Assembly (NCBI RefSeq): GCF_963921235.1
Contig: NC_086125.1
Span: forward strand, 7,936,001 to 8,000,000
Origin: Mobula hypostoma
Taxonomy: Eukaryota
Direction of reading: 5' to 3'
DNA length: 64,000 nt
Under the pieces are notes generated by a model. That model worked only from the letters and a program-made list of their open reading frames with translations. It was not told where the DNA came from and made no database searches. A program made the translations under genes and the position numbers. Shown piece after piece: positions 47,961 through 60,944 of the stretch (positions within the stretch are counted from its first letter, which is position 1; the number at the start of each line of letters is the position of its first letter).

Positions 47961-48540
47961 GAACACACACCGGTGGTAGGGTCATCGTAAATTGTCCAAA
48001 CACACACCGGTGGTAGGGTCATTGTAAATTGTCCAAACACACACCGGTGGTAGAGTCAAGTCATCGTAAATTGTCCAAACACACACCGGTGGTAGGGTCA
48101 TTGTAAATTGTCCAAACACACACCGGTGGTAGAGTCAAGTCATCGTAAATTGTCCAAACACACACCGGTGGTAGGGTCATTGTAAATTGTCCAAACACAC
48201 ACCGGTGGTAGAGTCATTGTAAATTGTCCAAACACACACCGGTGGTAGAGTCATTGTAAATTGTCCAAACACACACCGGTGGTAGAGTCATTGTAAATTG
48301 TCCAAACACACACCGGTGGTAGAGTCATTGTAAATTGTCCAAACACATACTAGTGGTAGAGTCATTGTAAATTGTCCAAACACACACCGGTGGTAGGGTC
48401 ATTGTAAATTGTCCAAACACACACCGGTGGTACAGTCATTGTAAATTGTCCAAACACACACCGGTGGTAGAGTCAAGTCATCGTAAATTGTCCAAACACA
48501 CACCAGTGGTAGGGTAATTGGTCATTGTAAATTGTCCCAT
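47961..48540. repeat. 37/42-bp minisatellite, ~15 copies, derived from a V-SINE internal segment
   Basis: Unit cacacaccggtggtagggtcattgtaaattgtccaaa; the array resolves into an ordinary SINE 3' end at 48520-48630. Confidence 0.92.
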
Positions 48541-49471
48541 GATTAGTCTGGAGTTAAATTGGGGGTTGCTGTATGGTGTGACTCGAAGGCCTTAAAGGAC
48601 TACTCCACACTGTATCTCAATCAATAAATATATATACATATTAAACATTTAGATGATAATGTGGTAAAGTAGATCAGCAAATTTGTGGTTGACACCAAGA
48701 TACTGGACATCAAAGTATGCAGTGTGATCTGGACCAGTTGGAAAAATGGACTGAGAAGTGGGAGATGGAATTTAATGCAGACAAGTGTGAGGTGTTGCAC
48801 GTTGGGAGGACAAACCAGAATAGGACTTACACAGTGAGGAGTGTACAAGAAACGGATCAGCAAATTATCGGATTGATAATTCCTAGAAAGTGGCATCACA
48901 AGTACATGGGGTCGTAAAGTGATCTCTTGGCTCAATGGCCTTCGTAAATCAGAGCACTGAGTATAGTAGTTTGGATGTTATATTAAAATTGTAGAAGAAC
49001 ATAGAACATAGACATAGACATCTACAGCATGTTACAGGCCATTCGGTCCACAATGTTATGCCAACCATTTAACCTAGTCTAGAAACTGCCTAGAATTTCC
49101 TACCACATAACCCTCTACTTTTCTAAGCTCCGTGTACATATCTAAGAGGCTCTTAAAAGACCCTGTTGTATCAGCTTCCACCACTGCCGCTGGCAGTGCA
49201 TTCCACACACCCATCACTCTGTGTGGAAAAACTTACCCCTGACAACCCCCCTGTAGCTACTCCCAAGCACCTTAAAACTACGTCCTGTTGTGTTAGCCAT
49301 TTCAGCCCTGGAGAAAGCCTCTGGATGTCCACATGATCAATGCCTCTCACCAACTTATTCACCTCTATCAAGTCACCTCTCATCCTCCGTCACTCCAAGG
49401 AGAAAAGGCAAGTTCACTCAATCTATTCTCATATGGCATGCTCTCCAAATCCAGGCAACATCCTTGTGAAT

Positions 49472-52328
49472 TGTCATGATCCAGTCCATAAAGCCCACAT
49501 TCTGGTTCACAGTCCGGTCCGTCGTTACCTTATTTCGGGGTTTTCCTATTTTCCCTTGTTCCATTGGGTGCCTTAATTGAGGCACCTGATTCTCATCATG
49601 GGCTGGCACATAAATACCTCTCAAACCAAGGATTCTCTGCTGGACTGTTCCCTTCCCCATCCCCAACAGTTACCTCACCTGCCACTTTGTCAGAATCCTT
49701 GTCAAGTATCCTCGGCAGTCATCCCAGCCCTGCGTCCTAAAAAGGGTCCTGGCCCTGCATCCTGGAAAGTATCCCAGCCCTGCATCCTAGAAGAGTCCTG
49801 GTGTCTCTGAGCCCAAGTAGGAGTTCCGGGCTCTGTACCCTAGAGCCTAGCTCAGCCAAGTCCAAGGGCCGAGCCAAATCTAGTTCAAGAAACACGTCCT
49901 GTGCTGGAGTCTCCTCGTCCTGTGGTGGAGTTCCCTGGCCCAGCCCAAGAGTTCCCTTGCCCAGCCTTGTGCTGGAGATCCCTCGTCCAGTCCAGGAGTC
50001 TCTCGTCTAATCCAAGCCACGTCCAAGTACCACGTCAGGTCCCAGTCCAGGCTTTGTATTCCCAGTACTATCTAGTGTCTATGTCATGGTCCAGTCCATG
50101 AAATCCGTATTCCGGTTCAAGGTCCGGTCCATCGACTCTTCCTCTAGGTTTTCCTATCTACCCTGTTTCTGTCCTTGTTGAGCTAATTGAGGCAGCTGAT
50201 GCTATTTGGGGCTGGCTGCATAAATACCTTCAGAGACCAGGGCGTGGCTGCTAGATTGTTCTTGTTTTTACTCCTTGGATCGCGCTCGTAACCCAGATCC
50301 AGGCGAGGACTTGGGACTAGGAACAGACTAGACTGTCATAAGGGCGGTGGCTGGGAACGGACCCAAGTTCAAGACACTTGCTGTCTGGTCCTGGAGCCAC
50401 CCTATACCTAGCTCCCTTCCTGTCCCTTGCCTCCGCCCAGGTAAGCCAGGCCGTCTTGCCATTACCTGGGGTTGGTTCTGTCCCTTCCTGTCTCTTTCCT
50501 CTGTCGGGTGGTGAACCGCGCCCTGGCCAGGAGTACTGCGCCCTGCCCAGGAGAACCGCACCCTGCCCAGGAGGAGCCAAGCCTCGCCTCAAGTCTCAAG
50601 TCTCCAGCCTCCTGCCAAGCCTCACCTCGCCTCGTCTCCTGCCTCCAGCCTCCAGCCTCGCCTCACCTCAAGTCTCCTGCCTCCAGCCTCTAGCCTCGCC
50701 TCGCCTCAAGTCTCCTGCCTCCAGCCTCTTGCTAAGCTAAGCCAAGTCTCTAGCCTCTAGCCTCAAGCTTCAAGCCTGTAGATTTCTGCCTCATCCTGCC
50801 TGCCTGCCAAGCCTCATCCTTGCCTAGTTCTGGGGTCCGAGCTAGAGGCAAGACCCAGGAACTGGGTCTTTGACCAGTCTCTGGCTAGGAGTCCAAGCCC
50901 GGACTCCGAGCTCTTTTGTCTTGAACTTGGGTCCGTTCCCAGCCACCGCCCTTATGACAGTCTAGTCTGTTCCTAGTCCCAAGTCCTCGCCTGGATCTGG
51001 GTTACGAGCGCGATTCAAGACCCATGTTCCGGGTCCCTGTCCAGTCTCTGGCTCAGAGTCCTAGTCCAAGCTCCTAGTTCCAAGTTCCTTGTCCAGGTCC
51101 CACTTTCCTAGTCTTAGTCCTAGCCCAGGCCCTGTGTCTTTATCTCGTCCAGGGCCAGTGGCCATGGCAGGCATCATTTCTTCCCGACTTCCCTTGCATT
51201 CTTGATAATCTTAAGTCCCGTTCCTAGTACTTCAGTGTCTGTGTCTTGCATCTGGGTCCACTCCCATCGCCACCCCTTGTAAAAGAACAGTCCAGTCATA
51301 CATGGACCCAGCAACGCAGACAATGTCATTTAATTCTCACCATCCTGGGTTCCCTCCTGTTGAATCCCACCCCCCCCCCCCACATACACATACACCTAGG
51401 TCGTCCATAGTCTGGGAAAGCCTGTTAGGTCGCCAGGAGGATCCCATAGTGGGGGGTGGAGTACTGTCATGGTCTGGTCCCTGAGGTCTGCATTCCAGTT
51501 CACGGTCCGGTCCGTCGATTCCTTATTCCGGGTTTTCCTGTTTCCTGTTCCATTGGGTGCCTTAATTGAGGCACCTGATTCTCGTTTTGGGCTGGCACAT
51601 AAATGCCTCTCAAACCAAGGATCCCGTCCTGGACTGTTCCCTTCCCCTCCCTTCCAAATCCCCGATGGTTACCTTGCCTGCTACCTTTGTCAAGTATCCT
51701 TGGCAGTGACCTCGTTAAATATCCTCAGCAGTTACTTTGGCAAATATCCTGGGCAGTCATCCCGGCCCTGCGTCCTGGAAAGCATCCTGGCCCTGCATCC
51801 TAGAAGGGTCCCAGTGGCTCCGAGCCCAAGTAGGAGTCCCAGCTCAGTACCCTAGAGCCTAACCCAGCCAAGTCCAAGAGCCGAGCCAAATCTAGTTCAA
51901 GAGCCATGTCCTGTGCTGGAGTTCTCTCGCCCAGCCCAGGAGTCTCTCGTCTAGTCCAAGCCACGGCCTAGTACCTTGTCCAGTCCCAGTCCAGTACTAT
52001 CTAGTGTCTAGTCTGTTCCTAGTCCCGAGTCCTCACCTGGATCTGGGTTCCGAGCCTGATTCAAGAGCCATGTTCCGGGTCCCTGTCCAGTCTCTGGCTC
52101 AGAATCCTAGTCCAGGCTCCTAGTTCCAAGTTCGTCGTCCAGATCCCACTTTCCTAGTCTTAGTCCTAGCCCAGGCCCTGTGTCCTTGTCTCATCCAGGG
52201 CCTGTGTCCATGGCAGGCGTCGTTTCTTCCCGACTTCCCTTGCATTCTTGGTAATCTTAGTCCAGCTCCTAGTCCTTCAGTGTCTGTGTCTTGCATTTGG
52301 GTCCACTCCCATCATCCCCCTTGTAACA
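49472..52328 (+). mobile_element. Non-autonomous LTR retrotransposon (LTRs 49472-51284 and 51465-52328, 180-bp interior) inserted in a CR1 fragment
   Basis: Two homologous LTRs; TSD tgaat/taaat; PBS-position GAACAGTCCAG; gag-like MDPA start; PPT tggggggtggagtac. Confidence 0.88.
50082..50959 (+). mobile_element. Related solo LTR nested in the 5' LTR
   Basis: TGTCATGG..TATGACA with a perfect 5-bp TSD gtcta (50077-50081 and 50960-50964). Confidence 0.88.
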
Positions 52329-53640
52329 TAAATCTCCTCTGCACTCTGTCCATAGCATCCACATCCTTCCTGCAGTGAGGTGACCAGTACTCCAAGTGGG
52401 GTCTAATTAAGGTTTTAGATAAATGCAACATTACCTCACAGCTTTTGAATTCAATCTCATGGTTGATGAAGGTCAACACACCATACGACTTCTTAACAAC
52501 ACAGTCAACCAGCACAGTTTTGAGCGTCCTATGGACACGATCCCAAGATTTCTCTGATCCTCCACATTGCCAAGAGTCTTACCATTAATATACTATATTC
52601 TGTCTTCAAAGTTGACCTACCAAAATGAACCACCTCACACTTATCTGTCTTGAACTCCACCTGCCACTTCTCAGCCCAGTTCTGCATCCTATTGGTGTCC
52701 CACTGTAACCTCTGACAATCCTTCAGACTATCCACAACACCCCCAGCTTTCGTGGCATCAGCAAACTTACTAACACACCCTTCTACTTCCTCATCCAGGC
52801 CATTTATAGAAATCACAAAGAGGAGGGGCCCCAGAACAGATCCCTGCAAAACTCCTCTGATCATCGACCTTCATGCAGAATACGAACCATCTACAACCAC
52901 TCTGCCTTCTGTGGGCATGCCAATTCTCAATCCACAAAGCAAGGTCTCCTTGGATCCCATGCCTGCTTACTTTCTGAATTAACCTCACATGGGGAAGTTT
53001 ATCAAATGCCTTACTGAAATCCATATATATGATATCCACTGCTCTACCTTCATCAGGATTTTGGTGAGACCAAATTTGGAGCATTATATGGGGTTCTGGT
53101 CACCAGCTATGGAAAGATAGCACTAAGCTTGATAGAGTTCAGAGAAAATTTTCAAGGATATTGCCAGGACTTGAGGACCTGATTTATAGGGAGAGTTGAA
53201 TAGGTTCAGACTTTATTTTTTGGAATGAGGGAGAAAGAGGGGAGATCTTATAGAAGTAAATAAAATAATAGGAGATACAGATAGGGTGAATGCATACAGA
53301 CTTTTTTCTAAGACTGGAGGTCATACATCAGGGGTTCGCAACCTGGGGTCTACAGACTCCTTGCCTAATGGTATTGGTCTGTGGCACGAAAACAGTTGGG
53401 AACTCATGTCACCGAGTGAAAGATCCACCTGAGGGAGAACTTCTTCACTCAGAGGGTGTTGGGAATGTGCAACAAGCTGCCAGTGGAAATAGTAGATGCA
53501 GGTTCAATTGTAATATTTAGGAGAAGTTTAGATAGGTATTGGAGGGGTATAGAGGGGTATATGGCTGGGGGTAGATGGGATGAGGCCAACATGGACTAGA
53601 AGGGCCAAAGGGCCTGTTTCTGTGCTGTAGTGCTCAACGG
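52329..53640. mobile_element. CR1 LINE fragments in both orientations
   Basis: GVLQGSVLGPLLF, SKFADATK, MDFSKAFDKLPH, LIRPHLEY on minus; a CR1 3' end on plus. Confidence 0.75.
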
Positions 53641-54074
53641 CTATTTGTCATCAACTATTTCCTCCTTTTTCTTTTCAGCAGGAACAAATCACGTGATCGG
53701 AGGCTTCACCTCTATTGATTCACTGGGTATTTTGCTTCTAATTCTTGGGAAGTTCTCGTTCACCTCTTTTCTCACAACTCCAGTGCATGTCAGGTCTCTC
53801 CTTCCTCTTGACATTTCCAAGGTTACTTGGTGTTTGCAGCAGTTTCTGTTTTTGTTTTGGACTGAACTTGCCCTGGACTGGAAGGCCAGTTGTGTGATAC
53901 AGATGAGTGAACTGCCCACAGTCTGGCAGCGTGTGCATTCATGGAGTCCACTCTCCTCTTCCAGAATTATTGCCCCAACAGCCTGGGAAAACAGAGTGGC
54001 AGTGAGCAGCTTCTTCAGCAGATGAGAAATGACCGGATGGGAAGCTGCTTGAGCTCTGATATGAATAGCCTGGA

Positions 54075-54965
54075 GAGTGGTTACAGAGCTCCATAATCAA
54101 GTTCGCAGACGACGCCACGGTCGTTGGCCTGATCACAAGGGATGACGAGACGGCCTACAGGTCCGGCACCTAGCCGAGTGGTGTACCGACAACAATCTGG
54201 CCCAAAGAGATCATTGTGAACTTCAGGCATGCTAGGAGCCACACTCATGACCCCCATCTACATCAACTGAACTGTAGTGGAGCACGTATCAAGCTTCAAA
54301 TTCCTTGGTGTCCACATTTCCGAGGATCTCACCTTGTCCCTGAACTCCTCCATCCTGATCAAAAAGGCACAACAGCGCCTTTATTTCCTGCAGAGCATGA
54401 AGAAAGCTCACCTCTGTCCCAGGATACTGACGGACTTTTACCGCTGTACCATTGAGAGCATACTCACCAACTGCATCTCAGTGTGGTATGGCAATTATAC
54501 TGTATCGGATGCAAAGCACTCCTGCGAGTGGTGAAAACTGCCCAGTGGATTATCCGCACCCAATTGCCCACCATTGAGAATATCTACCATAAACGCTGTC
54601 TGGGCAGGGCAATAAGCATTATCAAGGATGCATCTCACCCTAACCATGGACTCTTTACTCTCCTTCCATCAGGTAGGTGCTATAGGAGCCTCCGCTCCAG
54701 CACCAGAAGACACAGGAAGAGCTTCTTCCTTGAGGCTGTGACACTGCTCAATCTCACATCACAGCGCTAAGCAGTATTGCATCCATATTGTACTGTCTCA
54801 GTACTTTTATATTTGTGTGCTGTAGCACTTACTTTTTATTCACAGTTATTTTGTAAATAACACTATTCTTTGCATTTCTGGTCAGATGCTAACTGCATTT
54901 CATTGGCTTTGTATCTGTACTCGACACAATAACAAAAAAGTTGAATCCAATCTAATCTAATCTAT
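54075..54965 (+). mobile_element. Rex1/Babar-like LINE 3' fragment
   Basis: [37 protein letters not shown]; aatctaatct tail. Confidence 0.85.
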
Positions 54966-56229
54966 TTAATGCAGGCCCTTTGGACCACAATGTTTTAACC
55001 TACTTCCCAATCAATCTAACCCTTCCCTCCTACACAGAACATAACCCTCCATTTTTGCTTTCATCCAAGTATTTAGCGAAGAGATATGGGGAGAATTCCC
55101 GAAGGATGAATGTCTTGATTGAGATCATCTTACTCTAATGCACAAAGTGTTTTTTTATTGACTTCCTGGAAAGTCAGATCCAGTTTCTGTATTTACCACA
55201 TAGTTATGTTTTGTGGCGTATCTGGAAAAGGATGAGATTAAACAGCCTCTCCCATGATAGAAGCCCAAACTCAATCACAGACTGAATTCAGATCTTCCTC
55301 TTTAGAATCAGAATCTGAATTCAATATCACTGCCATATAGTGCATCATGAAGTTTGGTGTTTTGTAGCAATAAATAAAAAACTATAAATTACAATAAGTA
55401 GTCGTATACGTAAAAAGATGAATTTAATGCAAAAAGAGAGCAAAAAAAAAGTGAGATATTGTTCATGGGTTCATTCATTGTCCAGTTGTTCATATATGCA
55501 GTTCAGATCAGAGGCGATCCCTACAATCACAATAAAGTCCAAAATATATTACCGCTTGGAGTTTACTATCAGCCGCAGTGCAAAAGTGTCGTGTATAAAA
55601 ACAAACTGAGCATCACACTCCTTGTCAGGAATAGCATATCAGTCCCAGTGCTCATCGGAATAAAGCACAGTCTCACCGTTAGTTATTGGTTAAAAATGCC
55701 AGTCCTCACAACCAGCAAACAGAAACTGAAAGACCACAAGATGCACCCTCCCATTTCTGAACATCTTGCACAATTTACACAGTAGTCCTTGTACACAATT
55801 TACACACAGTACTTCCACAGTTTCAACAATGCTCTTCCCCACCAACAGTGAGTTTCTCCTCTTCTCCAGTCTGCAGGTTCCAGATTGCAGCCAAGTTTGA
55901 GACTTCGGTGCTTCTTCACCCCTCTGCTGTGCTCCTATCAACAAAGTTTTCAACTTACTTCTGTGTGTATGTGATATTTTAATAATATTTGAGTAAATAT
56001 GTATACTTGTTGTTTAATTAGGGATTCATCTTCATTTAAATAATTAATTACAAGTTATGAGTATAAATACATTAATTACACATGTCATTATACTACCACG
56101 TGATACGTGAGTCCCTTGCTTAAAGTAAATGAGAAGTTACGCACGCATTCTTGGACACCTGCGTCTTTTTTGAATTAGTTTAATATTTTGAAGCTACAAA
56201 ACTTAACGATAGTGACGGGGATGGGATCA

Positions 56230-56780
56230 TAGTGTGTAATTACAGCATCTGATGTCACCATTTCCTTTACCTTTTTGAAAGCCACCTCACACTGCTTTGT
56301 CCACTGCCATTTCTACTCGATCTATAGTAATGAGTTCAAGAGGTGGAGCAGGTTTGGCAGGAACCTATTATAGTCGCTTACAAATCCTAAAAAGGACTGC
56401 AGCTGTGACACGTCTTTTGGCCTTGGGCCATCCATCACTGCTTAAATTTTCTCAGTGCACTTGTGTAATCCTTGTGCATCAGTTGTGTGGCCACAGTAAG
56501 TGATGCTTGGTTTAAAGAACTCACACTCGTCGCGACATGCTCTGAGCTTTTAACACTGTTTTGAGGCTTTGGAGATGTTCCTTGTCATCCTTGCCTGTAA
56601 CAATGATGTCATCCAGGTAACACTGAGCGCCTGGGCAGCCTTGCAGAACCTGGTCCATAGCTTTCTGCCAGTTTACAGGTGCAGATGTCACTCTGTTATA
56701 GCAATAAAGCCCTTTGTCAGTGGTTATGCTGAGAAACACTCTGGACTTTCTCCATCTGGGAGCCAAAGACATTGATAAAA
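56230..56780 (-). pseudogene. Gypsy RT/RNase H remnant
   Basis: TTDKGLYCYNR..SAPVNWQKAMDQVLQG..QCYLDDIIVTG. Confidence 0.8.
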
Positions 56781-57589
56781 ACAAAGATGAAAATTCTGCT
56801 AAGAAACATGAACAGCTAAGGAGGAATTGGAAAAGCAGAACTTGACTACAAGGAGAATGATTTTGGAGGAGAGAATGCATGGTGCAAAAAATGCTGTGGG
56901 AGAAATATCTTCCAGTTCATGGGACACCAATACTAGGAAAGAGGGAAGTGTCACATTGGTGCTTTCACTTGAAATGGGCCAGGGCCAGAGACTAAGTAAA
57001 TTAAATATCTGTGGCTTAAAACTAATTATCAGGGATTAGGATTGGAGGCATGGACAGGGGAGGAGTGGGGTGAGGGGAAACTTTAAAAGTTAAAGGACCA
57101 AGCAATAGTGTAGGTGAGCCAAATGGGTAAAGACCAGCTGAATGCATCAGGAAGGGACAGAGAGGTGTAACTCCAGTGAGAATTCGTGAAGCAAAGATAA
57201 AATTTAAGGTTCTTTATGTGGAGAAATAGCAGAATAACCAAAAGCAAAAGGGCACAATCAAATAACCATTTCATAGTTGGGTTGTAACATGGCCAAGGAT
57301 GGGAATGAAGTATTTGTGTTTACTTTTAGAAGTGACAGACAAATGGAAAAGGAATTGGGCAGCAATGGTTTCAAAGGATGGGACAAAGACAGTAAAGGGA
57401 AAAAATGTCACTCAGAAAATCAAATAGTATATTGGCCTTTAAATAGTTCTCATCATGTGCGTGGGGTATAAAATTCATGAGATTAGAAGTGTGTGTAACT
57501 AGAAAAACACATTAACTATACGAGACAAGAAGCTGCATACAGGCTGGGCAAACCAATCAGCAACAATAGTGTGCAGGACAAATTTAGAT

Positions 57590-58860
57590 TAGATTAGATT
57601 AGGTTCAACTTTATTGTCATTGTGCCGAGTACAGATACAAAGCCAATGAAATGCGCTTAGCATTTGACCAGAAATGCAAAGAATAGTGTTATTTACAAAA
57701 TAACTGCAAATAAAAAAGTGCTACAGCACACAAATATAAAAGTACTGAGACAGTACAATATGGATGCTATACTGCTTAGTGCTGTGATGAGAGGTTCAGC
57801 AGGGTCACAGCCTCAGGGAAGAAGCTCTTCTTGTGCCTGCTGGTGCGGGAGCAGAGGCTCCTGTAGCGCCTACCTGATGGGAGGAGAGTAAAAAGTCCAT
57901 GGTTAGGGTGAGATGCATCCTTGATAATGCTTATCGCCCTGCCCAGGTAGCGTTTATGGTAGATGTTCTCAATGGTGGGCAATTAGGTGCCGATAACCTG
58001 CTGGGCAGTTTTCACCAAATGCAGGGTGCTTTGCGGTCCGATACGGGACAATTGCCGTACCACACCGAGATGCAGTTGGTGAGTATGCTCTCAATGGTAC
58101 AGCGGTAAAAGTCTGTCAGTATCCTGGGACAGAGGTGAGTTTTCCTGATGCTCCGCAGGAAATAAAGGCGCTGTTGCGCCTTTTTGATCAGGATGGAGGA
58201 GTTCAGGGACCAGGTGAGATCCTCCGAAATGTGGACACCATGGAATTTGAAGCTTGATACACGTTCCACTACAGTTCCGTTCATGTAGATGGGGACGTGA
58301 GTGTGACTCCTGGCATGCCTGAAGTCCACAATCATCTCCTTGGTCTTCTGGGTGTTAAGGGCCAGGTTGTTGTTGATCAGGTGCTGGACCTCATCCCTGT
58401 AGGCCGTCTCATCATCCCCTCTGATCAGACCAACCACTGTGGTGTCGTCTGCAAACTTGATTATGGAGTTAGAACCATGTACAGGAACGCAGTCATAGGT
58501 GAAAAGGGAGTACAGAGGAGGGCTCAGCACACAGCGTTGAGCCACGCCGGTGTTCAGGGTGAGAGTGGAGGAGGAGAGGTTGTCTAACTTCAATGATTGA
58601 GGTCTGTTAGTCAGAAAGTCCAAGGTCCAATTGCAGAGGGATACGCTGATACCAAGCTGGCGAAGTTTGGTGATCAGCTTGGAGGGGATCACAATATTGA
58701 ATGCCGAACTAAAGTCAATAAACTGTATTCTGACGTAAGAGTTGGGGCTGTCCAGATGGGTCAGGGCAGAGTGAAGTGCTGTGGAGATGGCATCCTCTGT
58801 TGACCTGCTGGTGCGATAGGCAAATTAATGGGGGCCCAGGGTAGAGGGCAGACAGGATTT
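57590..58860 (-). mobile_element. Rex1/Babar-like LINE 3' part, same family as 54075-54965
   Basis: [41 protein letters not shown]; (attag)n tail. Confidence 0.88.
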
Positions 58861-58929
58861 CAGACATGATAGAACCAGTTTACAGAGTGTATAAGATTTC
58901 TAAACCTGTTTTTTTTGATGAGATACAGT

Positions 58930-59195
58930 GCAGACAAGGGCCATCAGTCTCTTTGAGCCACACCGCCCAACAATCCCCTGATTTAATCCCAGCCTAATCA
59001 CGGGACAATTTACAAGAACTAATAAGTTGATGAACCAATGCATCTTTGGACTTTGGGAGGAAACCAGAGCACCCAGAAGAAACCCATGTGGTCACGGGGA
59101 AAATACAAACTCCTTACAGGCAGGGGCAGGAATTGAACCTGGGACGCCTGTACTGTAAAGCATTGTGCTAACCACTATGCTACCGTGCCACCCCA
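58930..59195 (-). mobile_element. V-SINE-like SINE
   Basis: Reverse complement of ggggtggcacggtagcatagtggttagc..ggttcaattcc..cctcccaaagtccaaaga. Confidence 0.78.
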
Positions 59196-60944
59196 TGTTT
59201 CTAGATCATTGGGATCTCTTCCATGATGAGAAACCAATGAAAAAATGGATTATTTTTAAACAGTTTTTCGTTTAATGAGAAATAGTTAATTTGAAGATCT
59301 CACAAGGTCCTTCAGAATTTCACATCAAGGCCACAGTTTAGGAATTAGGGGTAGGCCATTTAGAACGGAGTTGAGGAAAAACTTTTTCACCCAGAGAGTG
59401 GTGGATATATGGAATGCTCTGCCCCAGAAGGCTGTGGAGGCCAAGTCTCTGGATGCTTTCAAGAAAGAGATGGATAGAGTTCTTAAAGATAGTGGAATCA
59501 AAGGTTATGGGGATAAGGCAGGAACTGGATACTGATAGTGGATGATCAGCCATGATCACAGTGAATGGCGATGCTGGCTCGAAGGGCCGAATGGCCTACT
59601 CCCGCACCTATGGTCTATTAAAGGTCATTTAGCTCAAATTGAAACCAGGATCTTAAATCTAAAGGAAGCAAATTGGAGAAGTCATGAGCTGTGAGATGAC
59701 TAAAGTAGATTTGGAAACTAACTTAAAATATTTGACAATAAACCAGAAATGAATTTATGTAAAGTTGTAAACACTACATTTATCTCTCATGAAGGCACAA
59801 AAAAGAGAAGAGTTCTGATCGCGGCTGGCGAGAGAAGTCAAGGGTTGTATTAGATCACAGGAGAAGGCTGATTACAATGCCAGAGCCAGTTTGGGAAATC
59901 AGCAAAGGAGGACGGAGGCTTTACAGTGAAAAGTGGGGCAGAATACAGGAGCAAACTGACACAGAATATGAAAGCAGGCAGTGCTTTCAGTGAGAAAGCT
60001 CAAACCTCAAGGCCTGTGGTGGTTCAAGGAGGCAGCTCATCGTCACCATCTCAGGGCAGCGAGGGATGGGCAATCAAGTGCTGGTTCAGCCACAAAACCC
60101 ACTTCCCTTGAATGAATATATAAAGAAAATTGATGTCGGTCTTTTGCAGGCTGAAGCGGGTGGGGGGAAATCCTGTGAGAGAAGGAATTGACAGAGGTGT
60201 CAGTGAAAAACACTGAGAGGGAGGGACTGAGCTAACTAAAAGGCTGCAGGTCCCCAAGTCCTGATGAACTGCATCTGACGGCTTTGAAGAGGTGACCAAG
60301 TGTGGATATGCTGGCTGACACCTGATCTGAAAGCGTTTCCTACAGGCTGGAAGATAGCAAACAGACCCCCAATATTTTAACAAGTATGAGCTAATGGCCT
60401 TTATCCTCAGCACCACTTTCCTGCACTAATCTCTACTGCTGTCTGGGTGAAGATTTCTTTTTGTTTCTGTCCTGAAAGGCTTAAAGCCTTATTTTGAGGA
60501 TGTCACCCTAACAAGGTGGCAGGGGGGGGCAGCCAATAAACTTCAAATACACTAATAAGGGTCAAGCAAGGTCTCAGGAAATTCAGCACGCTCTCTGATA
60601 ACTGCAGGAGGCCTGCCCACAACTGCTTGGCCTAAAGGAAGTTGGCCAAGCCCAGGGCTGTCAGAGAGCCCAGGCTGAGTCTCAGGAAACAGAGTCTGCT
60701 CCACCTTACGCACCTCTCCCTTTGTTGTTTGTCTGAAGTTGTCGTTGGTACAGTGTCCTTATGCATCAGCACCCTGGACTGTGAAATGGCAGCACCCCAT
60801 CCCTGACCTGAGTTTGAGTTTTCCTTCACTTTGTTTCTGGAGAGTTGCCTCTGTTCAACGTCATTCCCCTGAACTCGTCTCAGACTGTGAACTCACTGTC
60901 TGGGTGTGAAGTGAAAATCCATTTCCTAGCATGCAATCACCATT

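Noticed and set aside
47961-48540. CRISPR-like regular 37-bp repeats
   Set aside because: Units are head-to-tail with no unique spacers, derive from a SINE, and sit in eukaryotic DNA with no cas genes.
53630-54025. ORFs on both strands plus a strong-looking plus-strand acceptor (ctttttcttttcag)
   Set aside because: No recognisable domain, no matching donor or partner exons, and embedded between LINE fragments.
54075-58860. Inverted pair of same-family LINE fragments
   Set aside because: Different truncation points and scattered divergence indicate independent insertions of an abundant family, not TIRs of one element.
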